64,000 nucleotides of DNA from NCBI GenBank assembly GCA_047967505.1, contig CM106538.1; one strand, 5' to 3'. The DNA comes from Dipteris shenzhenensis. Lineage: Eukaryota. Both the position numbers and the translations under genes were made by a program. Under the pieces are notes generated by a model that had not been told where the DNA came from, did no database searches, and saw nothing but the letters and a program-made list of their open reading frames with translations. This document shows, piece after piece, positions 46,001-59,058 of the stretch; position 1 is the stretch's first letter; each line of letters opens with the position of its first letter.

Positions 46001-48127
46001 AAACAGGCATATTGGAGAGGTATCTCGGGCCATGCTAAATGAAAAAGACCTCCGAGATTATTATTGGGCTGAAGCAGTTGCTACAGCAGTTTACATAATG
46101 AACAGGACTCCCACTGCAGCAATACATGGCATGATGCCAGAGGAGATGTATACTGGTAGGAAACTAGATATTTCACATTTTCAAATTTTTGGTTGCATTG
46201 CCTATGTTCATGTGCCAGATGAGTTGAGGTCCAAGTTGGATCCAAAAGCTGAGAAGTGCATCTTTATTGGTTATTCTCTACAGCAGAAAGGGTATAGATG
46301 CTATAATTCTTCTATTCGTAAGTTTACAATGAGCAGAGATGTTTTTGATGAGATGAGCAGCTGGTATAAACCAGTAAATGTGATGATTGATGTAGATGCA
46401 CAAAATGGTAATGCTGCACAGAATTCACAGCAGCAATCACAAAATATTAGTGTCCTCTAGCAATGGTTCACATACTTCGCCATGGACAGGCAGATTGAGA
46501 TCAGGAGAATCTCCTCAAAGCAATGCAGATAGTGGTACGCAAGTATCACAAAAAGGAAAAGAGAATGTAGATCAGCCCATGTTTGATGTGAATGCATGTC
46601 ACTCTTATGTGGATGGTGAATCCAGTGGCTCAGAACAGAGCATTGATGATGAGTTGGGTATTCCTTCTATTGTTACACCTAGAGTAAGGAGGACCAGGGA
46701 TGTTTTGAGAGCACCTGGAGGTGAGCCTATTTTGCGTAGGTCTACTAGAGCTAGATATCCTGTGGATAGGCTGAAATATGATGGATTTACAACCATTCAC
46801 TATGCCTATATGGTCAAAGTGATACAGGAACCAGAACCCACTTCTTTTGAGCAAGCCATGGGAAAAGAAAAATGGGAGAAAGACATGGATGAAGAAATGG
46901 ATGCCTTGAAAGCAAATGCTACATGGGAATTGGTGCCTTTGCCTAAAGACAAGAATGCAATTGGCTGTAAGTGGGTTTATAAGGTGAAGCACAATGCAGA
47001 TGGTTCTGTGAACAGATACAAGGCAAGATTAGTTGTCAAAGGGTATGCACAAACATACGGCATTGATTATGAAGAAACATTCAGTCCGGTTGCAAGGATG
47101 GAAACCATAAGAGCAGTCATTGCTATGGCTGCATCAAAGGGATGGTCTTTACATCAGATGGATGTAAAGAATGCCTTCTTGCATGGTGATTTGCAAGAAG
47201 AGGTCTTTATGGAGCAGCCACCAGGTTATGTTCATGCTATTCATCCTGAGTTTGTTTGCAGGTTGAAGAAAGCCTTGTATGGCTTGAAGCAAGCACATAG
47301 AGCATGGTCAGACAAGATAGCATAGTATCTTGTCACTATTGGCTTTCAGATTTCCAAGGCAGATTTCTCACTTTATGTGAGAAAAACAGAGAAAGGTATT
47401 ATGCTGCTTGTCATTTATGTTGATGATTTGATCATCATAGGTGATAGTGATGAAGATATCCTTCATGTGAAAATGCTATTGAAGCAGAAGTTTGAGATGA
47501 AGGATTTGGGAGAGCTACGTTATTTCTTGGGCATTGAGGTGATTAGATCACCAAGTGGGATACGACTCTTGCAGAGGCAGTATGGATTGGACATGCTGTC
47601 CAAATATGGGATGACAGGTTGTAAGCCTATTTCAGTTCCTTTGGAGCAGAATGTGAAGCTGAGCGCAGATGCAGGTGAGCTTCTGGAAGACCTACTATGT
47701 ATAGACGCATAGTAGGAAGTTTGATTTATATGACTATTACCAGGCCAGATTTGAGCTATGCTATTGGATTGATAAGTCAGTTTATGCAGGCTCCAAGGAA
47801 AACACATTTGGATGCAGCTAGACACATACTCAGGTATGTGAAGTCCACATTGCAGTATGGACTATTTTATGAGGCTGGGGTTCAAATACAGTTGCATGGA
47901 TACACTGATGCTGATTGGGCTGGTAGTATTTCTAATAGACGATCTACCAGTGGATATGTGTTCTCTTTTGGGAGTGCTGCAGTCACTTGGAGCTGTAAGA
48001 AACAGCCTACAGTTGCCTTGTCGAGCACAGAGGTTGAGTACAGGGGTGCAGCGATGGCTGCATGTGAGGTAGCTTGGTTGCATAAGCTACTTCATGATAT
48101 GCATCAGTCTACAGATGGGCCAGTTGA
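43072..48127 (+). mobile_element. Ty1/copia retrotransposon D, 3'-truncated
   Basis: 5' LTR 43072-43514 (TG...CA), PBS 43515-43526, gag from 44061, then PR, IN, RT (YKARLVVKG, IYVDD) and RH (YTDADWAG). Breaks off inside RNase H; no 3' LTR. Confidence 0.92.
44061..48127 (+). pseudogene. copia gag-pol with many stops and frameshifts
   Basis: ORF fragments 44046-48161 in copia domain order. Confidence 0.9.
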
Positions 48128-49951
48128 TTTTCCTTCACAAAACTTTACAAAAATTTCATAATTTTATGTGACTCTCCCAAAACTTCATTTATTGCAATCC
48201 AAAATATTTATTAAAACGTTGGCATTCTCAAGCACAAAAATTATTGCAAACATTAAAAAATGTTACTACTAGTATCATGTAGTACTATGAGATCCCATAG
48301 TATAATTTATTCATATATTAGGAAAGATGTCAAAAATCAAAGAGCATACCAAGATCACATGCCAAGTCCTTTCATTCACATGATCAATTATTGAGGAAAG
48401 TAATTTGTCAAGTATTTATTGATTTTGTACATTTCATAGTGTATTTTCATGTTTCAACAACTCAACTTTGCTAGGATGAGTCCCTTAAAATATTTATTCA
48501 AAGAAATTATATACACAAGAGGCATTTTGAGTAAATCAAAGAGATTTTATGTAAATTGAAGATAGAAATTTAAGTACCATAATTTTGAAATAAACTCAAA
48601 GCTACGGTTTGGCAAGTCAAGTGTTGACTACTCTCTCTTTGATCTCATGGTTTCCCCTCTTTCTCACCTGTTAGAGTTTGAATGTTTGAACCCTATGTCG
48701 TATTTCAATGTCTTTCAACATTGAATACTTAATTAGGTGCATGGCAAAAAAAAAAGTTCATCTTTGTATAAATTTTATAGAATATGTCCCCAAATAAATA
48801 AAAGGCTTTGTTTGATTTAAAGTTATTTTGAAGATATTTTGATTTCTATTACTAAGTTAATGATTTTAAAGAAATACTAATGATTTACTTATTGCAATTG
48901 TCAGGATGCATCAAAATTGACCATTTAGGGACGTGCCAAGTACCACTACTACAATATCTATGAGAAGTGAATTCATGACCACAATGGGGCATGCCTTACA
49001 ATGATTATTATTTTCTTTTATAGATCAAAAAGTTAAAGATCAAGAAGTTATTGGAAAGGCACATGGATGTAATACTATCTTTCATTGAATGGAAGCATTC
49101 ATGTACATTGGCTAGAAATGATTTGATTGAATATACCAAGAAATTTTTTATACCACATTGGATATATATATTTTGTTCTATAAACACCAATAACACTAGC
49201 GACATAAGTATTAACATGGAATCACCCACAATACGGACCATCTAGCATGGCAAAAACACAAGCTAGTCAAGCATCCCCAACTAACCACATAAAGTATCCA
49301 CTAGGACCCCCATCGCGTCCGGTGCACTCCTATGGAGTACTTGTAGGCTCATGGAAGCAAAAGGATGCACAAGAGTGGAGCAAGAAGTGCAATCCATCAC
49401 ATCAACTAGTAGAATGAAAATGAGAGTACAAAGTACTATAAAAGAGAACCCTAGGACCTAGTGTCCTAGTGGTACCACTAGTACTACGTGTCATAAGACA
49501 CTAAAAGTACTAGGTGACCTAAGTGCCAATAACCAATACATGGCACATACCAGGGCCCAGAGGGCATCAATACGACTGGGAGAAGATGGCCTACAAACCC
49601 CCTTCCATGGTATGGGCTAAAGTATTTTGGAAACATCTCAGAATACCTGGTATTTTTTGGTCATGGGGGCACATGCTCATCCAAAAGGATATAGCCACCT
49701 ATGAATGTACAAGGTATGCCAGATCATGTAACAAAGGGAACCAAGTGTAAAGCCTATCGAATGATGTCAAACTTGGGATGAGGAAGTGTCTTTGTAAACA
49801 TATCTGCTATGTTGTCCTCTGTGGGAAGGTAGGACAACTCTATGTCTCCTAATGATAACCGCCGCTCTCGAACATAATGATAGTGAACTTCAATGTGCTT
49901 GTTGGTACACGCATGAAACACTAGATTACACGCAATGGCCAAAGCACTCTA

Positions 49952-52145
49952 TGTTGGATAAATTGATGTTTAGGGGACACACTTATGGACATGGTCATGT
50001 GGTGTGTGTGTGTGTGCTAGTGTGCTAGTGCTTGTGTAGGACATGGTGTGAGTGCTAGTGAGCACCATGGTAGGTGTGTCAGGTGGCTCATGAGTTAGGT
50101 GTCACCCATCTAGGTGTGATTGAGATAAGTTACGGACTTGGTGGCTAGTTTGATGGAAGACTTGGGGGTGTTCCTAATGGAGACAATCAGGGAGATAATC
50201 ATGGATCTGGAGCCACCTACTCAGGGGCATTCCACTATATGTAACTCTACTCATGAATGAAATCACACTTGCTATTCCTCTCATTTGCTCACTTGGTCAC
50301 TTGCTCTTGCTCATGCTACCTTTCTAACATGGTATCAGAGCCTGGTTGATTGAGGCTTGACTTTGCTGCTACCACATGGTCATGCCTTCCCTACCAAGCT
50401 CCATTCTTGCTTCCATGGTGTCTGTCCCTTTGCCCACGATTTTGAAAGAGCAAATTCTCTGCATCCAACTGATGGATTGAAACATCCTCCTAGCTAAAGC
50501 TTCCTCATGTCTGGGCGACCTCACTGACCAAAGGGATCTCCCCAAATTGTCACCGATTTTGTGTGTCGTTGCCTCTTCTTCATGGCGGGATTTCTGCAAT
50601 GCTGGTTGCATACCTAAACCATTCTCAAATTCCTCTTATAGGAGGCTGGGTGACCCCAAGGGCTGCCTCCTGATGGAATTTCATCCGTGTTGGTGAAGTA
50701 TTCGAGCCACACTCATCGATTTTATAGTCAAAATTCACCATGTAATGCTGGGCGACGTGATGCATGATTGCGCGGTTCTTCTTTGGTATTCAGGCTTTCA
50801 TTCTATGTGAAAACCCCCATGAATGCTACTCCTAAAGTGACGAATTTAGGCCTCCAAGATCACTGTATGAAGCTTGACCATTTTTGGCATGTTTAATTGA
50901 GTTTGACAGAGTTGACCAAGTCAAACTGAGAAATTTCTTGAGGGCTCTTGTTCCTAGCATGCTATTTGACTTTGGAAAGCATTGGTTTGACTCTCTTGAC
51001 TTTGATTATCTTGAATGATTGAGACATTTGTAACTATTGGTCAAGAGAAAGATTTATCTTTGTAAGGGACTAGACACTGCCACATCACTGGTGGTATGAC
51101 CTTCCCAAGATGGCCTCCACTAAAGAGTCATCTAATGGCAATTATGTAAGAGTTAAAAAGAGAAAGTTTAAGACTGCTTGGCTAAAAGGGCCAAAGTACT
51201 ATGGTCAGAAGAAACCAAGGGGCTACTATTATACCAAAGCCTTGGGTATGTCCGAGTTCCTCTCCAATAACTTACATCTTTATGGAGAAGGAGATTTCTT
51301 CTGCCCTAAAGAAGAGCAAGAAGATGTCATTAAGGACAAGGCCTTACGGGAAAAGGATCCAAGCAACAAGACGTATGAAGTCTACTGTGATGATATGATT
51401 GTCATCAATATGGGAGATTTCATCCAGGGGGGCATTGACCCTATCACCTAGTTTTATGTTGTGTGATTGAGACAATAAGGTGCTTTGCCATGGATACTCC
51501 ATCCTAAAATGATATGTTATTTCCATTTTAGCTAGTCATGTTTGCTTGCTTTGAGTCATATGTCCTATGGTGATACCCAAAGACACATATTCGAGATGGA
51601 CTCTCTTATTGTAAACCGAGGTAACCTGATTTGGAGTGAGATCATGGTGGAGCTAGGGTGTCCACATGAGTCTACTGCCGATGCAATTTGAGTGAGAACA
51701 AGGTCGAGAGCATGAAAATAATGTATTCCATTGTCTACTGCCAGGGTAGAAGGTCATCAATTTAAAGGGGGTATGTTGGATAAATTGATGTTTAGGGGAC
51801 ACACTAATGGACATGGTCATGTGGTGTGTTTGCCAGTGTGCTAGTGCTTGTGTAGGTCATGATGTGAGTGCTAGTGAGCACCATGGTAGATGTGTCAGGT
51901 GACTCATTAGTTAGGTGTCACCCATCTAGGTGTGATTAAGATAAGTTAGGGACTTGGTGGCCAGTTTGATGGAGGACTTGGGGGTGTTACTGATGGAGAC
52001 AATTAGGGAGATAATCATGGATCGGAAGCCACCTACTCAGGGGCATTCCACTATATGTAACTCTACTCATGAATGAAATCACACTTGCTATTCCTCTCAT
52101 TTGCTCACTTGCTCACTTGCTCTCGCTCATGCTACCTTTCTAACA
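49952..52145 (+). mobile_element. non-autonomous LTR element 2 (TRIM/LARD-like) inserted in copia E RNase H
   Basis: LTRs 49952-50329 and 51774-52145, PBS 50330-50341, PPT aaaggggg before 51774, TSD ctcta/ctctg. No gag or pol motifs. Confidence 0.92.
51110..51451 (+). CDS. small unknown ORF (113 aa) inside non-autonomous element 2
   Basis: ATG-initiated uninterrupted ORF in element sense, basic N-half and acidic C-half; no recognised domain. Confidence 0.3.
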   Translation: MASTKESSNGNYVRVKKRKFKTAWLKGPKYYGQKKPRGYYYTKALGMSEFLSNNLHLYGEGDFFCPKEEQEDVIKDKALREKDPSNKTYEVYCDDMIVINMGDFIQGGIDPIT

Positions 52146-52253
52146 CTCTGGCTGTCAGTGTAGACCATAATGGAGGATGTATGGCGAATACCAAAATTTG
52201 TAAGTAATTGTCAAAGCCAGACATACTCTACTGTGGCAGTGAAAGCTACCTTG

Positions 52254-53780
52254 TGTGAATCCATGGAAGAAGCAATGAGGCACAAATGTCAATCTTTATT
52301 CCAAGAGTGGTTACATATATAGGCAACTGCCTCCATGTAGGTAGATCCTAGATCCACAATCATCTCCCTGATTATCTCAACCAATCACCTCCCATGATCA
52401 CTCACTCATCACACCAACCTGCCACACATAACTAGAACCTTCTAGCACACCTACACTCACACACTTCTTGCATAGGACTCCGAGCCCATAGGCACACACA
52501 CACACATTAATTTTCCCCTTCATTCCCCCCCACAAATTGATGACCTGATCCCTCAGCAGTAGTACATGGGATGCTCCATGGCTTGCCCATCATCATGTGG
52601 CAACACTCATGACCCCAACCTATGACTCACTCTTTAGGATTCTTGGCTTACAACTGGGAGATGGACATTGACTATGTATGTAAAGCCCAATGAGTCCAAC
52701 AAGGAAAAATCTTAAAAGACTAACAATGTTTTAAGGACGGACTATCCATGGCAGAGAACCATTATTGACCTCACACACACATAACTTAGCAAACATATGG
52801 ATACTTACCCTTGTCAGATTTGACTTGGGTGTTGTAAGTAGTGAGAGCTTTGAAATTCTCTAGTTCTTCTTCTTCTTCTTCTTCTTCAGTTTTTGCTTCC
52901 TCAACAAGATTGGCTAAACATCTCTTCTTGACATAACATTCCTTTTCAAAGTATCTAGGTTTTCCACAAAAGTTAAATTTCATTTTGCTCTTTCCCTTGA
53001 AGTTGCTTAAGTTGCTTCTGGCCAAATATGCCCCTTCTTTGTAATCACTTCTTTGTTTGATCTTTCTCTCCTCCTCCAAAAGTGATGCTTCAATTTCTAC
53101 CAGACTTATCTCTGGAATATTGGTGAGTGTGGTTACAATAGTGCCATACTCTTTAGTGAGACTTCCAAGTAAGATGGCAAATACAATATCTTCATCAAGA
53201 TTAAACTTGATGCTAGAGTTTAATGCCAGATAACTGTGTCAAGATTCTCTAGGTTTAGTTTCTTTTCCATTTGCTACCTTCCATATTCCCTTTTTCATGA
53301 GAATAAACTTCAATTTTGTTTGCCAAGTGTGGAACCCCTCTGATTTGAATCCTAACTCCTTAGACATCAACTTAGCATTTAGTGTAGCATCTATTTTCAA
53401 AAAAATAGTCAAGAAATGCTTGTAGAAATAGAGTAACCTTGGAGCATTTGCTGCACAATTAATGATCCTTGGGAGTAGAAGACTCAATACAAGTCTCAGA
53501 CCAAAAAGAGCTTCACACCTCCAGGGGCAGTAGCATCTTCTCCACCTCCAAAAACATGTCTCCTTGAAAAACTCGACTGGTTTTGCTATAGTTTCTCCTC
53601 ATTCCTTGGTCCATTTGCTCTCAAAATTCACCAACAGGTAGCTCATAGGGTCTTTTAAATGCACCTCAGACCATTTTTGAAATGGTGGCTCCAACAAGCT
53701 GTATCATCAGAAATGGCACAAGATAGGGCGAGTGTAAGCATGGGCTGTAGAGGCCATAATCTTTCAATTCTTGTTAGGTG
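52254..53780 (-). mobile_element. gag-only LTR element (TR-GAG-like), 5'-truncated, related to element 2
   Basis: LTR ~52254-52522 similar to the reverse complement of the element 2 LTR. PPT and adjacent aaattgatgacc match 51750-51772. Gag fragments at 52786-53400 (FHTWQTKLKFILMKKGIW; FCGKPRYFEKEC) are followed by a short 3' region with no pol. Confidence 0.7.
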
Positions 53781-56700
53781 GATGGCACAAAGGCTCTTCA
53801 TTGCAAGCTGTAGCAAGGAGTGCAAACTCAAGAAAGTGACCATGCATTTGCCTATTCCCTGATCTTGTCTAGGCAGCAAGAGGTTGATCTTGTTTGCTGT
53901 CCCTTAATGTGTCAAGAAGCCATATGGGAACTTGCCCTTGTTGTCTATTGACAACTCTTTCTTCAATCACTGCATCATGAATAGTGGGATCATTTTGTGC
54001 TGGAAGAGGAACCTGCAAATCAGCATGGGGTGCTAGTGGTGGCTGATCATTGCTTGTTGGAGGGCCTACAGGAGGCTCATGTTGCTGGTCAAAGTCCCCC
54101 TCTGAGGGAAGCAGAGATAACCAAGAGTTAAAGGCATCAAACATGTCAACTTCTAGCTTAGCTTTGCAATCCACAAGAGGAGAAGCCGAATGTTCAGCAA
54201 AGATTATATCTCTACTAACAATAATCTTCCCAGTATTTGGTTGGTATAACCAACACCCTTTGCTCTCCTGGCTGTAACCAATAAATATGCATTTGATTGC
54301 CTTATCATCAAGCTTATGTCTCAGCTGAGATGGTACGTGAACATATGCAAGAGATCCAAAAACTCTCATGTGTGAAAGTGAAGGCTTCCTACCTTTCCAT
54401 GCTTCATAAGGTGTAATAGTCCTCAATGCCCTTGTGGGTGATCCATTCAGCACATAGTTGGCACACATCACTGCATCAAGCCAAAATTTATTGGGCAAGG
54501 ACTTGGCCTTAAGCATGCATCTAGCCATCTCCATAGTGGACCTCTTCATTCTTTCAGGAAAAGGATTATGCTGAGGAGTGTAAGGAGTAGTGCATGAGTG
54601 AACAATGCCCCGTGAAGACAAAAATGCATCAAACTCCTTTGACAGATACTCTCCCCCCTATCTGTACTGAGGGTGACAAGCTTGCATCCTGATTCATTAT
54701 CAACCATATTCAGCCACCTTTGAAAGCATGAGAACACTTTAGATTTGGCTTTTAAATCATATACCTAGCAATCTCTTGTGAAGTCATCAATTAGAGTCAT
54801 GAAATGTTTGTACCCCCCAATGGCATTTGTCCTCATTGGGCCACAAACATCACTGTGCACTCGCTGCAATTTCCTTTGTGAGAATTATGGACAATTCTTT
54901 TGAAAAGGAAACTGATGCATCTTACCCAAAAGACAACCCTCACACACATGTTTGGAAACTGTGTGAGTTTGAGGTACATCATTTGCCATGCCTTGTGAAT
55001 GTAACTTGGCAAGAGTTCTATAATTGAGATGACCCATTATCTCATGCCAAAGATGAGTTTCAGCAAGCTGTGAATCTGAAATAGCAAATGCTTCAATAGA
55101 AAGCTGAGTGATGATCAAGGTGATAAAGCTCCTTTTGTAAAGTGCCAGTGAGAACTATGACACTGTCATCACGAAGATCATATACTAAGCATATGTATCC
55201 ATCAAATATCACTCTGAAACCTGAAGTGGCAATTGTTGAAATTGAAATCAAGTTGACTTCAATTCTAGGCACAAAAAGAACATTTGTCAAAGTGACAGGA
55301 TGGCTTGAAATGGATGTGAGCTGCACATCTCCAATTCCTTTTACAGCATAGGAAGCATTATTAGCACATGTGATAGTCCCCCCTTTTGAGGTACATTAGC
55401 TAAGGAATGAAACAACTATTTGCAAGATGTGACGTGCTTGGAAGCACCACTATCAAAATACCAAGATTGAGCATCATTAGCAGTAAAGAATGCATCAACT
55501 TTGGAGGGATCAAAGGAGAAATGGACAGCCCATGCCCAATCATCCTAGAGAGCATGTGCATGTGAGGCATCTGCTAGCTCATGGGATTCAATTGCATGTG
55601 AGGCATTGACTGTCAATCCTGCTTTCTTTTTCTCTGAAGCAATGCACTTCCTGCATTCTAAAATTTCATGCCCTGGCTTGTGACAATAGTTGCATCTTTT
55701 CTTCTTTGGCTTATCTGCTATATTTTGAGATGCATTGGAGGAATTACCACCATTAGGTGCATATTTAGGCTTGCCCATAGGCTTGGAAGCCTTGCCTTTT
55801 CCTATCTGTTGTGAAGCAAATGCATGATCAGGAATAGTAGCTTGCCTATTAGCATGACTTTGCTCTTCTTGCAAAAGCAAAGTGACTAGCTGATCAAAGA
55901 AGTAGTGGTCTGGATTACCCATGGCCACTAGTTGAAGGGTTGTAGCAAACCCTTGATATGTATCTGGCAACCCATTCAATGTGGTATTGACAAGCTGAGA
56001 ATTTGGCACCACCTTATCAATATTGGAAAGTTGTTCCATGAGGTCCTTGACCTTTGTCAAGTATGCATCCTAGAGTCACCTGCATTCATGCTGACTTCCT
56101 GCAATTGCCTTCTTAAATATGCAACACGTGCCTCATTGCGAATCTGTTAAAGAAAAGCTAATTTGTCCCAAGCATCCTTTGATGTCTTGCATGACTAGAT
56201 GCGTGGAATAATGATTCTCTTGCATGATAAAGCAATACAGGAATGTACATTTGCATCTCTTGCATCCCATCTTGTTTGTTCTTGAGTTGGAGAAGCAGCA
56301 ATAGGGGTGTTAAAGGATAAAGCATCAGGAGGAGTACCCTCTGTAGAGGGACTAGCAAGAGGGTTAGCCACTGTAGCATTGGCTAGCATTAGATCAACCC
56401 TAGAATCAATGTTCAAAAAATGCGTTGAAACAAGAATATGTTTCATGAGATAAGACCACATTGGATAGTTGGTGCCATCCAACTTTTCATCTTCACAAAG
56501 AATGCCAAATAAATCATGATTGTTGCTAGCCATTGCAAATGGGACAAGTCAAAAAGCACTGACAAAGTGACCCAAAAGATAGCCTCAAGGCTTGCAACTA
56601 CAAAAAATAGGACTTGCTATTCAAATCTAAAAAAGCCCCAAAATAAGCTGTAATTTGCAAATGTGATCAAATGGCCTTCAATTTCTTGCCAAATTCACTA

Positions 56701-57456
56701 CAAATCTGAAATTATTGTGCAATTTGCCTACAATAGACCCAAAAGCCCCAATTTGTAGAGCAAAACTGAGCCAAAAATGGGGCAAATTCAGGAAAGCCCG
56801 AAATTGTTTGCAAATCTACAATCTACCTGCAAAATCGTAGCCCGAATGCAAAAGCCCCAAATGTCACAAAAAAATTACAGATCTGCTACTGCAATGTCTG
56901 CTCTAGATGGTATGTAATGTACAGCTGGTACAAAATTGTACGAATGCCGAATTACGGAAACGTATGGAGATAAAAAACTATATGAAAATCCATACAATTG
57001 TAAGGATAGGTTCTGACGCACTGTACGGACAGTCGTACAGAATCGTACGGATAGATAATTTTTTTTCTTGGCAATTGACATGCCATACAGAATCGTACGG
57101 AAAATAGGTCGGGGGTTACATCGGAGCTATGCAAGAGCTAGAGCTGGAAGCTAGGAGTAGGGAGCAGGTCCGAGAAGGAAGTGCTCTGATACCAGTGTAG
57201 GCTCACGGAAGCAAAAGGATGCACAAGAGTGGAGCAAGAAGTGGAAGCCATCACATCAACTAGTAGAATGAAAATGAGAGTACAAAGTACTATAAAAGAG
57301 AACCCTAGGACCTAGTGTCCTAGTGGTACCACTAGTACTAGGTGTCATAAGACACTAAAAGTACTAGGTGACCTAAGTGCCAATAACTAAAGCTACATGG
57401 CACATACTAGGCCCAAAAGGCATCAATACGATCGGGAGAAGATGGCCTGTAGTACC

Positions 57457-58188
57457 TTGCCATAGTCACACTTGACTAAAAATAATAATGTCCTAAGCAA
57501 GATATATCAGAAACATAATTTTCGTCACAAAGCTATGTCAAAATTTCCACCCCAAGCATCTTCTCAATTGCTTAGATAGTGCCTGGCTTGGTCTTAATAC
57601 CCCGCTTGGAAATCACATGGCCAAGGAAGACACCAACCTATACATAGATAATACACTTAACAGGGATTAAAGAGAAACCCGCCTATCTACACTTGGTGAA
57701 CACCACCTCCAAACAAGCCAAATGCTTGGATATTTCCTAGTATAAACAAAAATCATCTAGGTAGATGGCAATAAACTTGGTCAAATAACCTTGAACCTTT
57801 AAAAAGTGGATGGTGTATTAAACAACCCAAATGGCATGACTTTAGTGTCATATGGATCCCATTCTATAATAAAAAGGTAGATTTGGATTGATTTTCCAGG
57901 GTTATAGTGATCAGATTATTTCCACTATTGCCATCTATGAATGAGTACATCACCTAGCCTACAAGTTGTTCAAGGATTCCATCTGTGAAAGGAATTGGAA
58001 AAGGATTTGGAACTATTTGAGCATTAAGCTTCTTGTTATTTACATAAACTCGAATGTTGCCATTTTTCTTAAGCACCCATATGTTTGGAAATAACCAATT
58101 CATTGTTTTCAATGGCATATATAAATCTTGATTGGATGGGATGATCAAGCTCATCTTTCACTTGCTTGGCATAGTTTAGATTCATCAT
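57457..58188 (-). mobile_element. Ty3/gypsy RT relic (RNase H probably continues at ~49150-49341 across copia E)
   Basis: KKNGNIRVYVN.KKLN..PFPIPF, VMPFGLFN, IYLDDF, FLGHVISK; FHVNTYVAS at ~49195-49222 on the minus strand. Confidence 0.75.
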
Positions 58189-59058
58189 TGTTAACCCTAG
58201 GGCAACAAGGCTAGAAGCATAGTCTAGCGCAATAAAAATGAGATCGTTGTGTAGAGTAGTGGCAAAGCTTTCTTGTAAGATGTTGAGCTTGAAATATGGT
58301 ATGATGAATCTAAAAGGATGAGGATAGCAAAAATACTCTCTAGAACATATCCAATCATACTTGCAAAATCAAGATCTAGTGAGAGAAATAATAAAACTAG
58401 AGAGAGAAAGAGTAAAAGCCTACACTTTTTGAGGTCCCTTCAAAATCTGTAGAGACTCTTAACCAAGAGGTCTCCTACAAAACAAGTCCCCCACCCTTGA
58501 GTTTCCTACAAAAAGTGTAGAGACTCTTGCCCAAGAGGTCTTCAAGAAAAGAGTCCCACTGAGAAGTCTCCTACGAATTGTGTAGAGACCAACATGTATT
58601 AATCTCTCTCAATGGAAAGAAGCTCCCACTCTTTAGAGCTCAATGTCCAAGGTGTCCATTGCGTCCATGCTCCCATACACTACCATCTTCTAGCATGTTC
58701 TTACCCTTGCACTCTCTCCACCATCTTCTCCTCCTCCCCCTCCCTCTTCCTCCTCCTTCTCCCTCTTTCTCCCCCTTCTCCTCCTCCCTCCTCCTCCTTC
58801 CTCCTCCCATCACCTCCTCCTTCCTCCCTTGATCCTCCTTCTCAACCCTTTACCTCTTGAAGTTGTGAAGGAGACTAGCACTCCACTTCTTAACCTTGGA
58901 CTCTTCCTAAACCCTGCAACCTTCTCTAAACCTTGGGACTTCCAATTGTTGCAAAATGATGTGATTTACATCTTAAATAAGGGTGACTTACATAAGAACA
59001 TCAGTCCACTTATCATAAAAATTGACCTTTAAACACCCCACATGTTATAACAGCAACA
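58189..59058 (-). repeat. putative 3' LTR of another element
   Basis: tgtt...caaca termini, immediately followed by a C-run (PPT on the minus strand). Interrupts the gypsy RT. Confidence 0.5.

Larger units (their letters stand above)
49342..57451 (-). mobile_element. Ty1/copia retrotransposon E, RT deleted, carrying nested inserts
   Basis: LTRs 49342-49595 and 57196-57451, PBS 57183-57194, PPT aaccccctt after 49595, TSD gtact/gtacc. Gag 55545-56533, PR/IN 53869-55460, RNase H 49754-49951 + 52146-52250. Confidence 0.9.
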
